64,000 bases of DNA from Octopus sinensis (GCF_006345805.1 NC_043003.1:24676001-24740000), one strand, 5' to 3'. Numbered from the stretch's first letter, positions 1-12,560 are shown. Notes: a model not told the origin generated them from the letters alone. Numbers and translations: made by a program.

Positions 1-250
1 ATAAATATCTATATATTCATACTTAAATATTCATCATCTGAAAGTTTCCACCTTTTGCTTTTTCTCGTTTTGCATGTATACATATACACATATTTTGTAT
101 TTCATGCCCAAACTATTATATTTCATATATCTGATTTGTTTATCCATGTAACTGCCTCTCTTTCTCTCCCCCTCTTCCCCTCTCTCTCTCTCTCTCCATA
201 TATATATATATATATATATGCATATATATGCACACACACACACAAATACA

Positions 251-459
251 TAGGGTGTTCCTAAATTATCTTTACAGCTCTATATTTTATTGTATTGTAT
301 CATCTAGATGTGTTGCATGCAACCAATGGAGCCTATATGAAGTTCTCTGATATTTCTAATAAAACTTTGCTTGCTTTGCCAATAAATTCTACTGAGTTAT
401 CCTTATTTTTCATTTTTTCTAAATTGTTCAAATTGTAAAGGTAATTTATGGACACCCTG
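251..459. mobile_element. Tc1/mariner-type MITE
   Basis: Terminal inverted repeats tagggtgttcctaaattatctttaca / tgtaaaggtaatttatggacaccctg, followed by TA. Confidence 0.7.
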
Positions 460-469
460 TATGTGTCGG

Positions 470-515
470 AATATATGTACATATATATCTATATATAATA
501 TTATTTTTATGTGTA

Positions 516-569
<54 letters not shown>

Positions 570-698
570 TACTTACACTTATACACATACATATATATAT
601 AGATATATATACACATATTTATATATACATGTATATATATATATATATTACATATATATATATTATATGCATATATATATATACACATTTATATATGC

Positions 699-729
<31 letters not shown>

Positions 730-825
730 TATACACACACATATAAATATATATACATACATATATATACACATACATATATATATATACGTATATACAC
801 ATACATATATATATATACACACATA
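470..825. repeat. (TA)n/(CA)n microsatellite field, representative of dozens of SSR tracts (TA, CA, GA, ATT, GAT, GATA) in the window
   Basis: Visible directly in the sequence. Confidence 0.95.
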
Positions 826-1299
826 CATTTCCTGTGTCCTTATGTTAACAAGGGGGAGAGGAAGCATTGCTGCTTCTTGAGGCTAAATAGTAGTAGTATG
901 ATTCCCTTCATGGGACTGTCACATTAATTTGACAGTATACAACTACTTTATCATATCACTACTGCATAAATCTCTCTGAGATATTTAGAAATGAATTATT
1001 TCTATTTTTGTAATTAGCGGATTTATTTCACTAGAATTCTTATATGTTTACAAGAGCTAGATAGTCATCTCCAACTAGCAGGCCATGTTACTCCAGACTG
1101 ATGAGGAGCAAAGACTCAAACTAGTCTCTGGATGCAGGCTTAGCTGGGTGGAGGTGCTTATCTCCCCCTTGTAAACATAAGGACACAGGAAATGTGTCAA
1201 GGCCGAAAGGAAGCATTGCAGCTTCCTTGGGCTAAATTGCAGTAGTATGATTCCCTTCATGGGACTGTCAGATTAAATTGACAGTATACAACTACTTTA
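826..1299. mobile_element. Probable Penelope-like pseudo-LTR remnant (inverted plus direct repeat around a hammerhead)
   Basis: 826-859 is the reverse complement of 1161-1194; 860-950 is a direct repeat of 1209-1299; the hammerhead motif at 1092-1132 lies between them. Confidence 0.55.
1092..1132 (+). ncRNA. Degenerate minimal type I hammerhead motif
   Basis: tccaga-CTGATGA-ggagcaaagactc-aa-ACTAGT-C-tctgga. Perfect 6-bp stem I, palindromic stem III ACUAGU, GUC triplet. G12 of GAAA is missing, so likely inactive. Confidence 0.7.
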
Positions 1300-1309
1300 T
1301 ATATATATA

Positions 1310-1770
1310 AAGTGGTGTGCAAGAGAGACATTTGCGCTGGTATGGTCATGTGGCGAGAATGGATGAAGATAGTTGTGTGAAAAAATGCCACACACTAGCG
1401 GTTGAAGGAACCTGTGGAAGAGGTAGACCCAGGAAAACCTGGGACAGGGTGGTGAAACACAACCTTCGAACATTAGGCCTCACCGAGGAAATGACTAGTG
1501 ACCGAGACCTTTGGAAGTATGCTGTGTGTAAGAAGACCCGGCAGGACAAGTAAGACCAAAACCCGTGACCTCTACCTGGGATGTAGCCAGTCCACTTATG
1601 CATACCTTTCCTTCTTGGGACACAAAACTCTACTTGTGAAGACCTGTTGAGGCAAGTAAAAATAGAAATCGATCAACATCAATGGAAATTGTAGTTGTGA
1701 TGCCAGTGCCAGTGGCACGTAAGAGAACCATCCGAACATGGCCATTGCCAGCGCCACCCCGATTGGCCTC
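1310..1770 (+). mobile_element. 5'-truncated RTE-clade LINE (ORF2 C-terminus plus start of 3'UTR)
   Basis: ORF 1317-1553 contains LRWYGHVARM...GRGRPRKTW...DRDLW, typical of the RTE ORF2 C-terminus. Confidence 0.85.
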
Positions 1771-3259
1771 TGTGCTGAAATGAGAAAAAAAAACAACATT
1801 AAACAAGCAAATATACCAACACTTGTTTAATAAAAGAACAATGAAGAGAGTCATACTCTTGTAACAATTAACGACAAAGTAGGGGGTGCATAGATGAGGA
1901 CAATAATAACCAAAATGCTGGAGGAATGATGGTCTTGGTGATGGTAGTGAGGATGGCGGCAGCAATGGCAAAGAAAAAGGGTGAAAATTGATAATAGTAG
2001 TGAAGTTGCTGCTAAAAGTAAAAATTTCTGATGATGCCTGTAACATTGGAGATGATGATCATGGTGATAATGAAGATGATGATGATGGTACAGACAACAA
2101 TGACAAAACCACGTTAGCGATATATGTACCAAAATATTTCCAGTTATGCATCTTGTTAGCTAAACTTAATCAACTAGTTTAAATTTCTTCATTGTATTTC
2201 TTTTTAACTAGCACAAGTCTGGCTTTCTCGCTAAATTATTACACTTCACACTTGTTAAGTAGCACCAGAAAAGACTGTACTTTTTTTTTTTTTATAGTAT
2301 AAGTTTGTAGGAGTAATATACTCTATGTGGTCTGTGCTGTCTAGTTATTGGGTATATTTGAAAATTTGATTTATAATTCTTTTGTGACTGGCTGTTTAAG
2401 CCTTCTGTAAAGCTTTGTCCACATGTGGTATAACAGATAAAGTAATTTATTCTCAGATTTGATTCAATCAAACAGCAATCAAACGCGAATACGCAGATGA
2501 TATCAAACAAGTGGTGTGAAGATGGCTCAGTGGTTAGTGTATTGTTGCATAAATGTTTAGATCAACTTGTTTAATTCTTTTTCTGAGCGTATTTCTAGTG
2601 AAACAGCGTTGACCAATTAATTAATGTTGTTCCAATTAATTTAGAAAATAATAAAGATTTTGGGGAAGATTTAGTAAAATAACTAATTTCCTTTATTAAT
2701 AAGTTGGTTTTTAGAATCATAAATTAACAAAAATGTTTTAACAATAAATTATGATAGATTTTAATTAAAATGTGAGCACGGAAAGATTTATGTCTTTGAG
2801 CCAGAGATAGTTTCAGGTGAGTAGTTATCAAAATAGTTAATCTTTTCTATTATTAAAAGTGTGTCATACCTTTTGGCTAGAATAGGGATTGATTCAAAAA
2901 GAGACAATGCAAGGCTTGATTTGAGGGGGCCTTTTGGAATAATCTTTGTTTCATAGTTATGGAAGTTTTGCTGTTTTTGTATAGCCCCAGATCAATCTGA
3001 CTGAACAATCTTTTATCAAGAAGCATCCTGGCTTTGTGTTTTTTTTTCTTTTTGTTCTGTTTTGTTTGTTTGTTTTTATGTGAAGTATTAGCTGATGTGC
3101 TTTTCTCCTTTTAGAAAATTGTAGAAGCTGTAAGTAGGAGTGAGATTTAGCTGCTATTTCTAGCTAGTCTAGCAGCCATGTTAAAGTTCCCTTATTGGAT
3201 GAAATTGCATTTGTGATGAATCTCAACTAATTTCAACCACTAATGCCAATACACACACA

Positions 3260-3306
<47 letters not shown>

Positions 3307-3451
3307 CATTTGTCTTATACATGAAAAACAGAAGGGTTGGTGACGAGAAGAGCATCCATTTGTTAAAATCCTGTTTCAATAGCTCTTTCATTTAGACTCC
3401 TCCCTCCAGAAAAGACAGATGTTAAATGAACTGATAAACATTATTGATATA

Positions 3452-3672
3452 CGAGGGGGTACTGAAAAGTTCCTGGCTTTGAATAAAAGAAAATACAGGA
3501 GGATCAGTTAATTATGATTCCTTTCAACATATTCCTTACTTAGATTCACACACTTATGCAGTGGTCCTTCAGTTTTTTAAATCCTGTAAAAGAACTAAGA
3601 AGGTTGTGTGTCTAGTCATGCTTTTCGCAATACCCTTAAAGCCAAGAACTTTTCTGCACCACCCCCACCCTG
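3452..3672. mobile_element. Mariner-derived MITE (second partial copy ~39015-39200)
   Basis: TA-cgagggggtactgaaaagttcctggcttt ... aaagccaagaactttt inverted termini. Confidence 0.7.
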
Positions 3673-3789
3673 TAGATATGTTTGTGTGTACTTTTGTCTT
3701 GACATCATGGGATAGTTGTAAAATGATCATCATCATCATACAAGTAATGTTGTTCATTTCCAGGCTTCTGTGAAAGATATGTCTGTCCA

Positions 3790-4138
3790 TCTAATACAGA
3801 GAGATAACAGGGTAATACCGTTAGTAGGATAGTGAAGTGAGTGCTATGCTAAGAGAAGAAGAGCTAAGTTAGGAGGAATGAAGGACAGGAGGAATGAACA
3901 GGTAGATGGAAGTGATACTTGAGACATTAGCAATTAGCAATGGGGAAACCAAAAGCTAAGAACGAAAGATGACAGAATTAAACAATGAAGAGCAAAAAAA
4001 CCCTCAGAAAATGTAGAAAAATGACAAAATGAAAAAAATTTTTTAATTCCTCCCAACTTTGCTTTACTTCTCTTAGCATAGCACCCCCACCACCACCATA
4101 CTACTAATGGTGTTACCTTGTGATCTCTCTGTACTAGA
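3790..4138. mobile_element. Fold-back MITE with ~90-bp imperfect TIRs
   Basis: tctaatacagagagat...gtgctatgctaagagaag...ggaggaat is mirrored by attcctcc...cttctcttagcatagcac...atctctctgtactaga. Confidence 0.7.
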
Positions 4139-4383
4139 CTTCAACTACGTTGCCTGAGAGACACCAATAGCTTACGTCTGTTCATGGCGAAATATTAGCT
4201 TGTTTGGAAACAGGTGAGGGTTAGCAAGACGAAAGCCATCGGGTCACACAAAATGTGCCTCAACAAATTCCATCTGACCCTTTCAAGCTGGGAAAAGCAA
4301 ACACTGAATGATAATGATTATGTATGTATATATGTATGGTGGGGGGGGGGGCATATATGTGTCTGTGTATGTATGTTTGTCTC

Positions 4384-4423
<40 letters not shown>

Positions 4424-4429
4424 CAAACA

Positions 4430-4615
4430 CGTGGCACGTAAAAAGCACCCACTACACTCACGGAGTGGTTGTCGTTAGGAAGGGCATCCAGCCATAGAAA
4501 CATTGCCAGATCAGACTGGGCCTGGTGCAGCCTTCTGGCCTCCCAGACCCCAGTTGAACCGTCCAACCCATGCTAGCATGGAAAGCGGACGCTAAATGAT
4601 GATGATGATGATGAT
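4430..4615 (+). mobile_element. RTE 3'UTR end with (GAT)n tail; similar ends at ~11840-12055, 15070-15403, 36950-37185, 58810-59005 (+) and 28155-28330 (-)
   Basis: Shared block ggagtggttg..gttaggaagggcatccagc...ccaacccatgctagcatgg...aaatgatgatg; contiguous with RTE ORF2 sequence in the 15924 and 26138 copies. Confidence 0.8.
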
Positions 4616-5649
4616 AGTTTACTGTTTTAAGGTAGGATCAGTATAAAAAGTATTCCATCCAGCAAGATATATATATATAATGTTCTTCATGGAGAACAGA
4701 TGTCTCAGACATTTTCACTTCATAATGGAATGCATCTCCTTCAAACTCCTCAGAAACACTTTCAACTTAACAGTGCCAGAACATGAAGTGTGTCATAGCA
4801 AGGAGAAGTTGCTTAAAAATGTACATTATCATCATCATAAACATCAATAAGATCACTGCTTCTGATGAAAGATTTTTGACAAACCAATTTATAAATTTAT
4901 TTATCTTTTTATATATTTATTAACAAATTATCTAATTAATTGAAGCGAAATACTACTAGTGTGTGCATTTTAATTGGCAGCTTGTTTAGTGGGGTTTTTT
5001 GGGGGGAGGAGCGAGGTTTCAGAAAATTATTGTGTCTTGTTTTTAATTTACAAGTAAAAGCTTCAAAACCTATTTTGCAAAGCAATTGGGAAGAATGTAA
5101 AGGTGCATGGCCTTGTAGTTAGGGTGCTGGGCTCATAATCACAAGGTTGTATGTTCACTTCCTGGGCAGGGCGTTCAGGTGTATCCTTGGACATGGTACA
5201 TTGTTTCATGTTTCCTCAGTCTACGCAGCTGTAAATGTATACCAGTCTAATTTTAGTGCAGCCTCTCTCTCTCTCTCTCTCTCTCTCCCCGTCCCCCTCT
5301 CTCTCTCTCTTCAGTTGTCGCATTTTCAATGTTGTATTGGATCATAGGTGGCAAAGCTAAGAGGGAACCTGTGTCTAATTGTGACTACACAAATACCTAA
5401 AACAATGAGTGAAAGCATGGTACAAGTTACCAGATCATACTTGCTTACAGGTGATGGTTAAGCTATACAGCATGGGTGCAAGCATGGCTATGTGATTAAG
5501 ACGTTTGCTTTGCAACCACAGGGTCTCCTGTTCAATCCCTCTGCACAGCACCTTGGCCAAATGTCACTACCATAACCTCAGATCACTTAAGACCATGTGA
5601 AATTTAGTGTACAGAAACCGTATGGAGGCCCATCAGAGGAACCATCTGA

Positions 5650-5890
5650 GAGTTCACAGCTCTGGTACCACAGACATGTGATGAGAATGTCACAGAAGAG
5701 AATTGCAAGATGAATTCTTCAAACTGAGCCAACTGGCAGATTTAGAAGTAGACCATGAACAAGATTGGTCATGCTCGGGGATCCATCTGGTATCTGTCAT
5801 GGCTGTTACTTTTGAGAGGACCTATGGACCAGGTGCTTAAGTACTCTGTACCCTCAACCCTCCCAGGAATTATGAGTGGAAAAGAGGGAT
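5650..5890 (+). mobile_element. Old RTE-like LINE C-terminal fragment
   Basis: Translates to SQLWYHRHVMRMSQKRIAR*ILQTEPTGRFRSRP*TR, a degenerate GHVxRM...GRP motif. Confidence 0.55.
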
Positions 5891-6075
5891 AGATGACTGG
5901 ACACCACAAGCTAGCCTATAAGTTTCATTAGTAGCATCCACTTTCTTGCAGTCTTCAGAACAGCTCTGTGTCTTGAGAATAACTTCCTTTTCTCTGTTAT
6001 AGGGTCCCTAGAAACAGTTACGGATGATGCACTGGACCTACTGGGAGCCTGTATCTACTTGTGATTACACTGGCA

Positions 6076-6560
6076 TCATCATCATCATCAATGTTTAACA
6101 TCCGCTTTCCATGCTGGCATGGGTTGGATGGTCTGACTGGGGACTGGTGAGCCAGATGGCTGCACCAGGCTCCAATCTGATCTGACAGAGTTTCTACAGC
6201 TGGATGCCCTTCCTAATGCCGACCACTCCAAGAGGGTAGTGGGTGCTTTTACGTGCCACTGGCATGAGGGCCAGTCAGGCGGCACTGGCAATGGCCACGC
6301 TCAAATGGTGTTTTTTAGATGCCACCTGCACAGGAGCCAGTCCAGCGGCACTGGCAACGACCTCACTCAAATGTTGTTTTTCATGTGCCACCAGCACAAG
6401 TGCTAGTAAGGCAACGCTGGTAGTGATTACGCTCGAATGGTGCATTTTATGTGCCACCGGCATAGGAGCCAGTCAGCAGCCCTAGTAACGATCACGCTCA
6501 AATGGTGCTCTTAATGTTGCACTAGCATGGATGCCAGTCAGGCGGTGCTGTCATCGGCCC
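6076..6560 (-). mobile_element. RTE 3'UTR with ~65-bp internal minisatellite
   Basis: (CAT)n tail on +, then about 5 diverged units beginning ggtgcttttacgtgccac. Confidence 0.8.
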
Positions 6561-7404
6561 CGTCAGTAAATTAGCGAAAGCATGGTACAAGTTACCAGGT
6601 CATGCTTGCGTACAAGTGATGGCTAGGCTATGAAGCATGGTCTTCTGTTCAATTCCTCTGCACAGCACCTTGAACAAGTGTCTTTACCATAACTTGACCA
6701 TAACTTCAGGTTGATTAAGACCATGTAAATTAGCTATTTTAAAAAAATTGAAAAGACTATTTTCTAAGAATATTTTGACCAAGTGTATGTTTTTTTGTTT
6801 GTTTTTTTTTTGCCTAACTTCAAGTATTTTGCACGAATTTAATAAATGACACACGTATAGATATGGATTATGTAAGGTAAACTAATGTAAGTATTGTGGG
6901 AATGTAAAAATATTAATTATTGATTTATTTGAACAGCAGATCTTAAATATTTATACAATATATTAAAATTTTTAATGAGAAATTTTATTAAATATTCAAT
7001 TTTACTTTTCGCTAGGAAAGAAGGTAGCTGATATTCTTTTTATAATATTTACTTTCCTTTCAAAAAACAGAAAGAGACTTCAATGTGAAGCAATGAAACT
7101 AACTAGGAACTGACAAATAGTCTAAGAATTTATGGATAACCGTAGCCACAGCAGGTCCTTTCATGCAAAAATCATTTCATATACTGGCTGTGAGATAATA
7201 GTGTTGTGGTATTGATCATTTACACATATATACAAACACACATACATACACCTATATTAGTATTTTGCTTAGGCCTTGTGAGACTAATAGCCTGTTGTAG
7301 AACTCAATACATGTATGCTTCAGAACAAAGTGTTAGATGAGTATTGAGCAAGTAATAAGAAAATGAGATGACAAGAAATATATGATTATTTTATTAACTT
7401 CATT

Positions 7405-7485
7405 AGCTTAAAGCTGTTTCTGCTATGGGATGCAGTGGGGTCATAGATGGGTGCCTGAATAACACTTTATAGCTTCATCAGAGCC
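7405..7485 (-). ncRNA. Degenerate hammerhead motif with a large stem II loop
   Basis: Minus strand: ggct-CTGATGA-a-gctat...atagc-a-GAAA-cagct-tta-agct. Stem III is one substitution from the ACAGCUGU palindrome; AATAAA follows downstream on the same strand. Confidence 0.55.
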
Positions 7486-7542
7486 TTAAATATGAAGTGC
7501 AATTTATTTAGGAAAAAAAATTACATTAGCTATAAGCACCCC

Positions 7543-7680
7543 TGTATCAGAGCGAACAGGAGCATCACCCACCTGGTTTTCATTCTCAGAGAGCAGAACA
7601 AAGGGTTTTACATCACTACATCACCTTTGTTAACTTCAACAAAACATTTGACACAGAACAGAAAAGGTCTTTGGCATATA
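7543..7680 (+). mobile_element. RTE/BovB-like reverse-transcriptase fragment cut by a mariner insertion
   Basis: IRANRSITHLVFILREQNKGFYIT / FVNFNKTFDT / RKGLWHI resembles RT motifs GFRxxRST...FVDxxKAFD...RxGLW. Confidence 0.65.
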
Positions 7681-8542
7681 CAGGGTGTGAGGAATAAACT
7701 GTCATCTAAATTACACAGAAATGAAAATAACACTAACATCTCATTTTAACAGATATATCTACCAAAATTACATAAAAATATCTTGAAATACTAAAGAGTA
7801 AATTTATTCAATACAATCGCTATTGGCTTCAACCATGGCCAACGGACAACTTTGGAATCTCCTGCAACTCTTCTGGATGGTCTTTTTGTATAAGTTGGTG
7901 AATGCTGCCATAAGCCTTGCTTTCAGTTCATCTTTGATGTTACAAGGAGTTTTGTTGGTCTCTTGCTCAACTGTGCCCCACACATAATATAATCAAGAAG
8001 GTTGCAGTCTGGGGAGTTAGGTGGCCAGATGTTAGGGGTGATGTGGTCACAGAAATTATCCGACAGCCATAACTAGGTTCTCCTGCTTCTGTGACATGGT
8101 GCAGAGTCCTGTTGCCAGACTTTAGGGCCTTCCAGCAGCCACCCTCTTGACCCAGGGCAGCTCCTCCCAGGCACTTGATGTAGGCCTCCATGTTGAGTCT
8201 GAGACTGTGTGGGATGAAGGGAGGCATAACGTCACCATCACTAGTGATCACTCCAAACACCATGATATTGATAGGATGTTTGATTTTTATCACTCTGGGT
8301 ACATATCCTCATATTGACTCCCAAACACTCTGAAATGTTCGTATTGGAGCTTCCAGCGTGAATGCCAAGCAATACAGCATGTCATTTCCAAACTTCTGGC
8401 AGAGTGAATTGCATCATAATGCTGTTTTTCTCCCAGACAGTACCCATCTAACCCTACTATACTGTGTCGTCGACAAAATCAAAAACAATCCACATGCTCG
8501 AAATTAAAAACATAAAATGGCAACAATTTACCAATTGCACCC

Positions 8543-8544
<2 letters not shown>
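7681..8544 (-). mobile_element. Internally deleted Tc1/mariner transposon with transposase remnant
   Basis: TA-cagggtg...caccctg termini; minus-strand KHPINIMVFGVITSDG, QQDSAPCH and WPPNSPDCNLLDY motifs, with frameshifts. Confidence 0.9.
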
Positions 8545-8612
<68 letters not shown>

Positions 8613-9411
8613 TTTTATATGTTTCAGTCATTTGACTGCAGCCACACTGGAGTACCTGTCTTAAAGGGTTTTCGTTGAAGAAATCGATTCCAGGACTTAT
8701 TCTTTGTAAGCCTAGTTCTTATTCTATCAGTCCCTTTTGCCGAATTACTAAGTTACAGGGACATAAACACACCAGCATTGGTTGTCAAATGATGACGAGA
8801 GAACAAACACACATACGCACACATAAAAATATATATCATGACTGCCACTTTCGGCCATTTACAGACACCATCAGTATGTATGTATATATTTATTTTCCTT
8901 TTTGATGACGCATTTGAAACAGCTGCCTAATTTACATATATATATATATATATACATATTTACACACACACACTCAATGGGCTATAGTAGAAGACACTGG
9001 CCCAAGGTGCTATGCAGTGAGACTCAACCTAGAAGTATATGATTGGGAATCAGGTTTCTTACCACACACCCACGCCTGCACTTAAATGTATATATGTATC
9101 ATCTAATGTCCATGTTCCATGCTGACATGGCTGGGATGGTTTGATGAGATCCAGTGGATCCAAGGACTACATTGTGTGTGTGTGTGTGTGCATGTGTGTA
9201 ACATATTTACTAGATTCATAAACAGTGCAAATTTAGCCATTTGTCTGCAGACTGAAAAAGTGATGGACCACCTTAATCCTTCTGTCAAAAGTAATGCTTA
9301 TTTATTCACATTGTTTTAAATTAGTTCTGCATTATCTTGGAGCTCTGAGATTTAGAATGACATTTTAGGGTTGGTTTGAGAGGCCAGATCTGGCAAGTTT
9401 GAACATAAATA

Positions 9412-9822
9412 GGCGCAGGAGTGGCTGTGTGGTAAGTAGCTTGCTTACCAACCACACGGTTCCGGGTTCAGTCCCACTGTGTGGCACCTTGGGAAAGTGT
9501 CTTCTTCTTTAGCCTCGGGCCAACCAACGCCTTGTGAGTGGATTTGGTAGACGGAAACTGAAAGAAGCCTGTCGTATATGTATATATATGTGTGTGTTTG
9601 TGTGTATATGTTTGTGTGTCTGTGTTTGTCACCCCCAACATCGCTTGACAACCGATGCTGGTAGATTTACGTCACCGTTACTTAGCGGTTCGGCAAAAGA
9701 GACCGATAGAATAAGTACTAGGCTTACAAAGAATAAGTCCTGGGGTCGATTTGCTCGACTAAAAGGTGGTGCTCCAGTATGGCCGCAGTCAAATGACTGA
9801 AACAAGTAAAAGAGTAAAGAGA
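9412..9822 (+). mobile_element. tRNA-derived SINE family A (CORE-like), full copy inserted in a piggyBac-like MITE (~9272-9873)
   Basis: A box gtggctgtgtggtaag, B box ggttcagtccc, CORE-like ggcaccttgggaaagtgtctt, central (TA/TG)n and an agtaaaaga tail. Confidence 0.88.
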
Positions 9823-10777
9823 ATAAAACATGTAGAATATTTTGGCTGGGTTTGGCCAGTTTAAATGGTAAAGATTTTATGAATCTTTTAAAGATCTTAG
9901 TGGATTCTCATCAGAAGTGTCTACATTAATTTGACCAATCCTAAACAAGCAAGCAGCCTGTCTGTTTAAATACTCAACAATTTCAGTAGCTACAGGAGAC
10001 TGGGGATATTAATTTGCATACCATATAGGGTTTGTGAACAGGGATCTCAGTCCACACTCTATCAAGGCATGACATAATATATGTAACCTACACACATAAC
10101 CACATATTCAAACCTTTGCAATGCCTTTTTTTTTTTTTTGTTCTTTTATTCCCTTTGTTTTTGTCAGTTCATTTGGTCTAGAAACATCCCTTTTACATGT
10201 TCCAGCTTTTCTTGCTGAAAATATTTTTTCCCTGCCATGGTTTCAACAGAAACTATGCCAACTGAACTTGTATGGAAAAGGAAATGTTCAAAAAGAAACG
10301 GAAAAAGTAATTGTCTGTGTCTGTATATATGAATGTATACATGTGTGTGTGTCTGTATATTTCTGTACTCGTGTATATTTTTACTTGTGCTTTTCCCTCC
10401 CTTATTGTCACTTATATATGTATATATATATATATATATATATACATACATATATATATTTTTTTTTTTTTTGATATATTTCTGATTATGGATTTTTATA
10501 TATGTTTGTGGATTTGTGTGTGTAGATATATTTGTATATGTGTGTGTGTGTGTAGTCAGAAAGATAATACTACAGTCGTGCAAATTAAAAAGATAAACGA
10601 ATAAATAAACAAATAAAAAAAAAGCATTATTTCCAATGGTTGCCTCTGTTAATTCATGGTGCCTTGATCACCAGGGGGAGAAAGAAAAAGTCAGGAAGAC
10701 AAATTTGTTATCCTTACCTAATAATGGTTCAGCATTGGATAATGTTCTTGTTGATGATGCACAAAAAAAAAAGTAGG

Positions 10778-10808
<31 letters not shown>

Positions 10809-11200
10809 CCTTGAAAACAAGAAGCAAAAAGTTAAAAATAGATTTTTAAAAAAAGCTAAAAACAAAAGTATTCGCTAATTGCATTTTACTTTGCTTCTAC
10901 CACTTGATATACAATTATACCCCACTAGTCATGGTAATCGTGAAGCTACTCATTTAAACATCTTTTATCCGAAATTCTTTCTTAAATTTTATCAATAATT
11001 TATGTGATTGGCTGTCTTTTCTGTTATTATGTTCTTATTTGTCTTCTAAACTGCTATCTTTCTATTTTGTTCCGTTCCATTCTGTCTGTCTTTCTGCTCT
11101 GTTCTGCTCTTATCTGTCTGTGTAGCAATCACTCATTTTGGTAGTTAGCAGACAGAACAGTAGACCGAGGAGTTCTTGAAGTATTTATTTATGTCCCTTT

Positions 11201-11232
<32 letters not shown>

Positions 11233-11402
11233 TATATGCTCAGTCGCAAAAATCTCACTCAGTTTCGCTGCTGTCTATCTGTGTGTGTCAGTGTTTCCCA
11301 AGGTGGAGGGGTGCACATTTTTGTTTAGTGTAAGTTATTTCACAATGGAGCATAAGTAAATAAACAAGTGCATAAAACTTGCAATAAAGTTTTAATTAAA
11401 AA

Positions 11403-11795
11403 CATCATCATCGTTTAACGTCCGTTCTCCATGCTAGCATGGGTTGGACGGTTCGACCGGGGTTCTGGGAAGCCAGAAGGCTGCACCAGGCTCCAGTCTT
11501 ATCTGGCAATGTTTCTACAGCTGGATGCCCTTCCTAACGCCAACCACTCCGTGAGTGTAGTGGGTGCTTTTTACATGCCACCTGCACAGGTGCCAGGCGA
11601 GGCTGGCAACGGCCACGGTCGGATTGGTGTATTTTATGTGCCACCGGCACGGAAGCCAGTCGAGGCAGCGCTGGCATCAGCCACGAGTCGGATAGTACTT
11701 TTTACGTACCACCAGACCAGGGATCCTGGCTGGTTCAATTCGATTTCGATTTCGCTTGCCCCAACATGTCTTCGCAAGCAAAGGGGGTTGGCATG
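11403..11795 (-). mobile_element. RTE 3'UTR carrying a single partial copy of the 159-bp unit amplified at 16065-17303
   Basis: Reverse complement of ~17190-17587. Confidence 0.85.
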
Positions 11796-12411
11796 AGAAC
11801 ACCTTTTGAATATATATATATATATACATCTCAATGACTGGGTGCTCACGTGTAAAAAGCACTGGGGCTAGTGCTGCATAGAATGCTCTCACTACACTCT
11901 GTAAAGTGATTGGCTTTAGAAAGGGCATTTAGTTGTAGAAACCATGCCTGAACAGACAATGCAGCCTGATGCAGTTGAAAACCTTACTAGCTCCTGTCAA
12001 ACCGTCCAACCCATGCAAGCATGGAAAACAGACATTAAATGATGGTGATGATGATATACATATATATATACCCTTGTGAGCAATAAAGAAATAAGAAACT
12101 GAAAGAAGCCTGTTATATGTGTGTGTGTGTGTGTGTCCGTCCGCCCACCACTTGACAACCTGTGCTGGTGAATTTACATCCCCGTAGGTTAGCAGTTTAG
12201 TAAAAGAAACTGATAGAATAAGTACCAGGCTTCAAACAAATTTAGTACCGGGATCAATTCATTTGACTAAAACTTTTCAAGGCTGTACCCCAGGATGGCT
12301 GTGTATCTGCAGTCTAATGAATGAAACAAGAAAAAGATAAAGATAGCATATATGTATAACTGCTAGCTCCAAAAGATTTTTTATTCTCTCTCTGTTTATT
12401 TCCTCGTGTTC

Positions 12412-12447
12412 CTTTCTGTTGTAGAGTGCAGGCTCGAAATGTAAAAG
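12412..12447 (+). ncRNA. Highly degenerate minimal hammerhead-like motif in a probable Penelope-like remnant (~12380-12540)
   Basis: cttt-ctgttgt-a-gagt gcag gctc-GAAA-t-GTA-aaag. Stems I and II are present; the CUGANGA core carries two substitutions. Confidence 0.4.
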
Positions 12448-12560
12448 ATTTTCTCACCTTTCTGAGCTTTAAACTAATACACTTGTTTGTTGTTTATACA
12501 CCTGTCTTCATCTTTTGTTTTTCTGTCAATTTCAACTATATATATGTGCATGAATATAAG

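Noticed and set aside
2457-2532. Possible exon (FDSIKQQSNANTQM...) or RT YADD motif (YADDIK)
   Set aside because: The apparent donor coincides with a SINE A box (ggctcagtggttag), no flanking RT motifs are present, and there is no convincing ArfGAP1 match.
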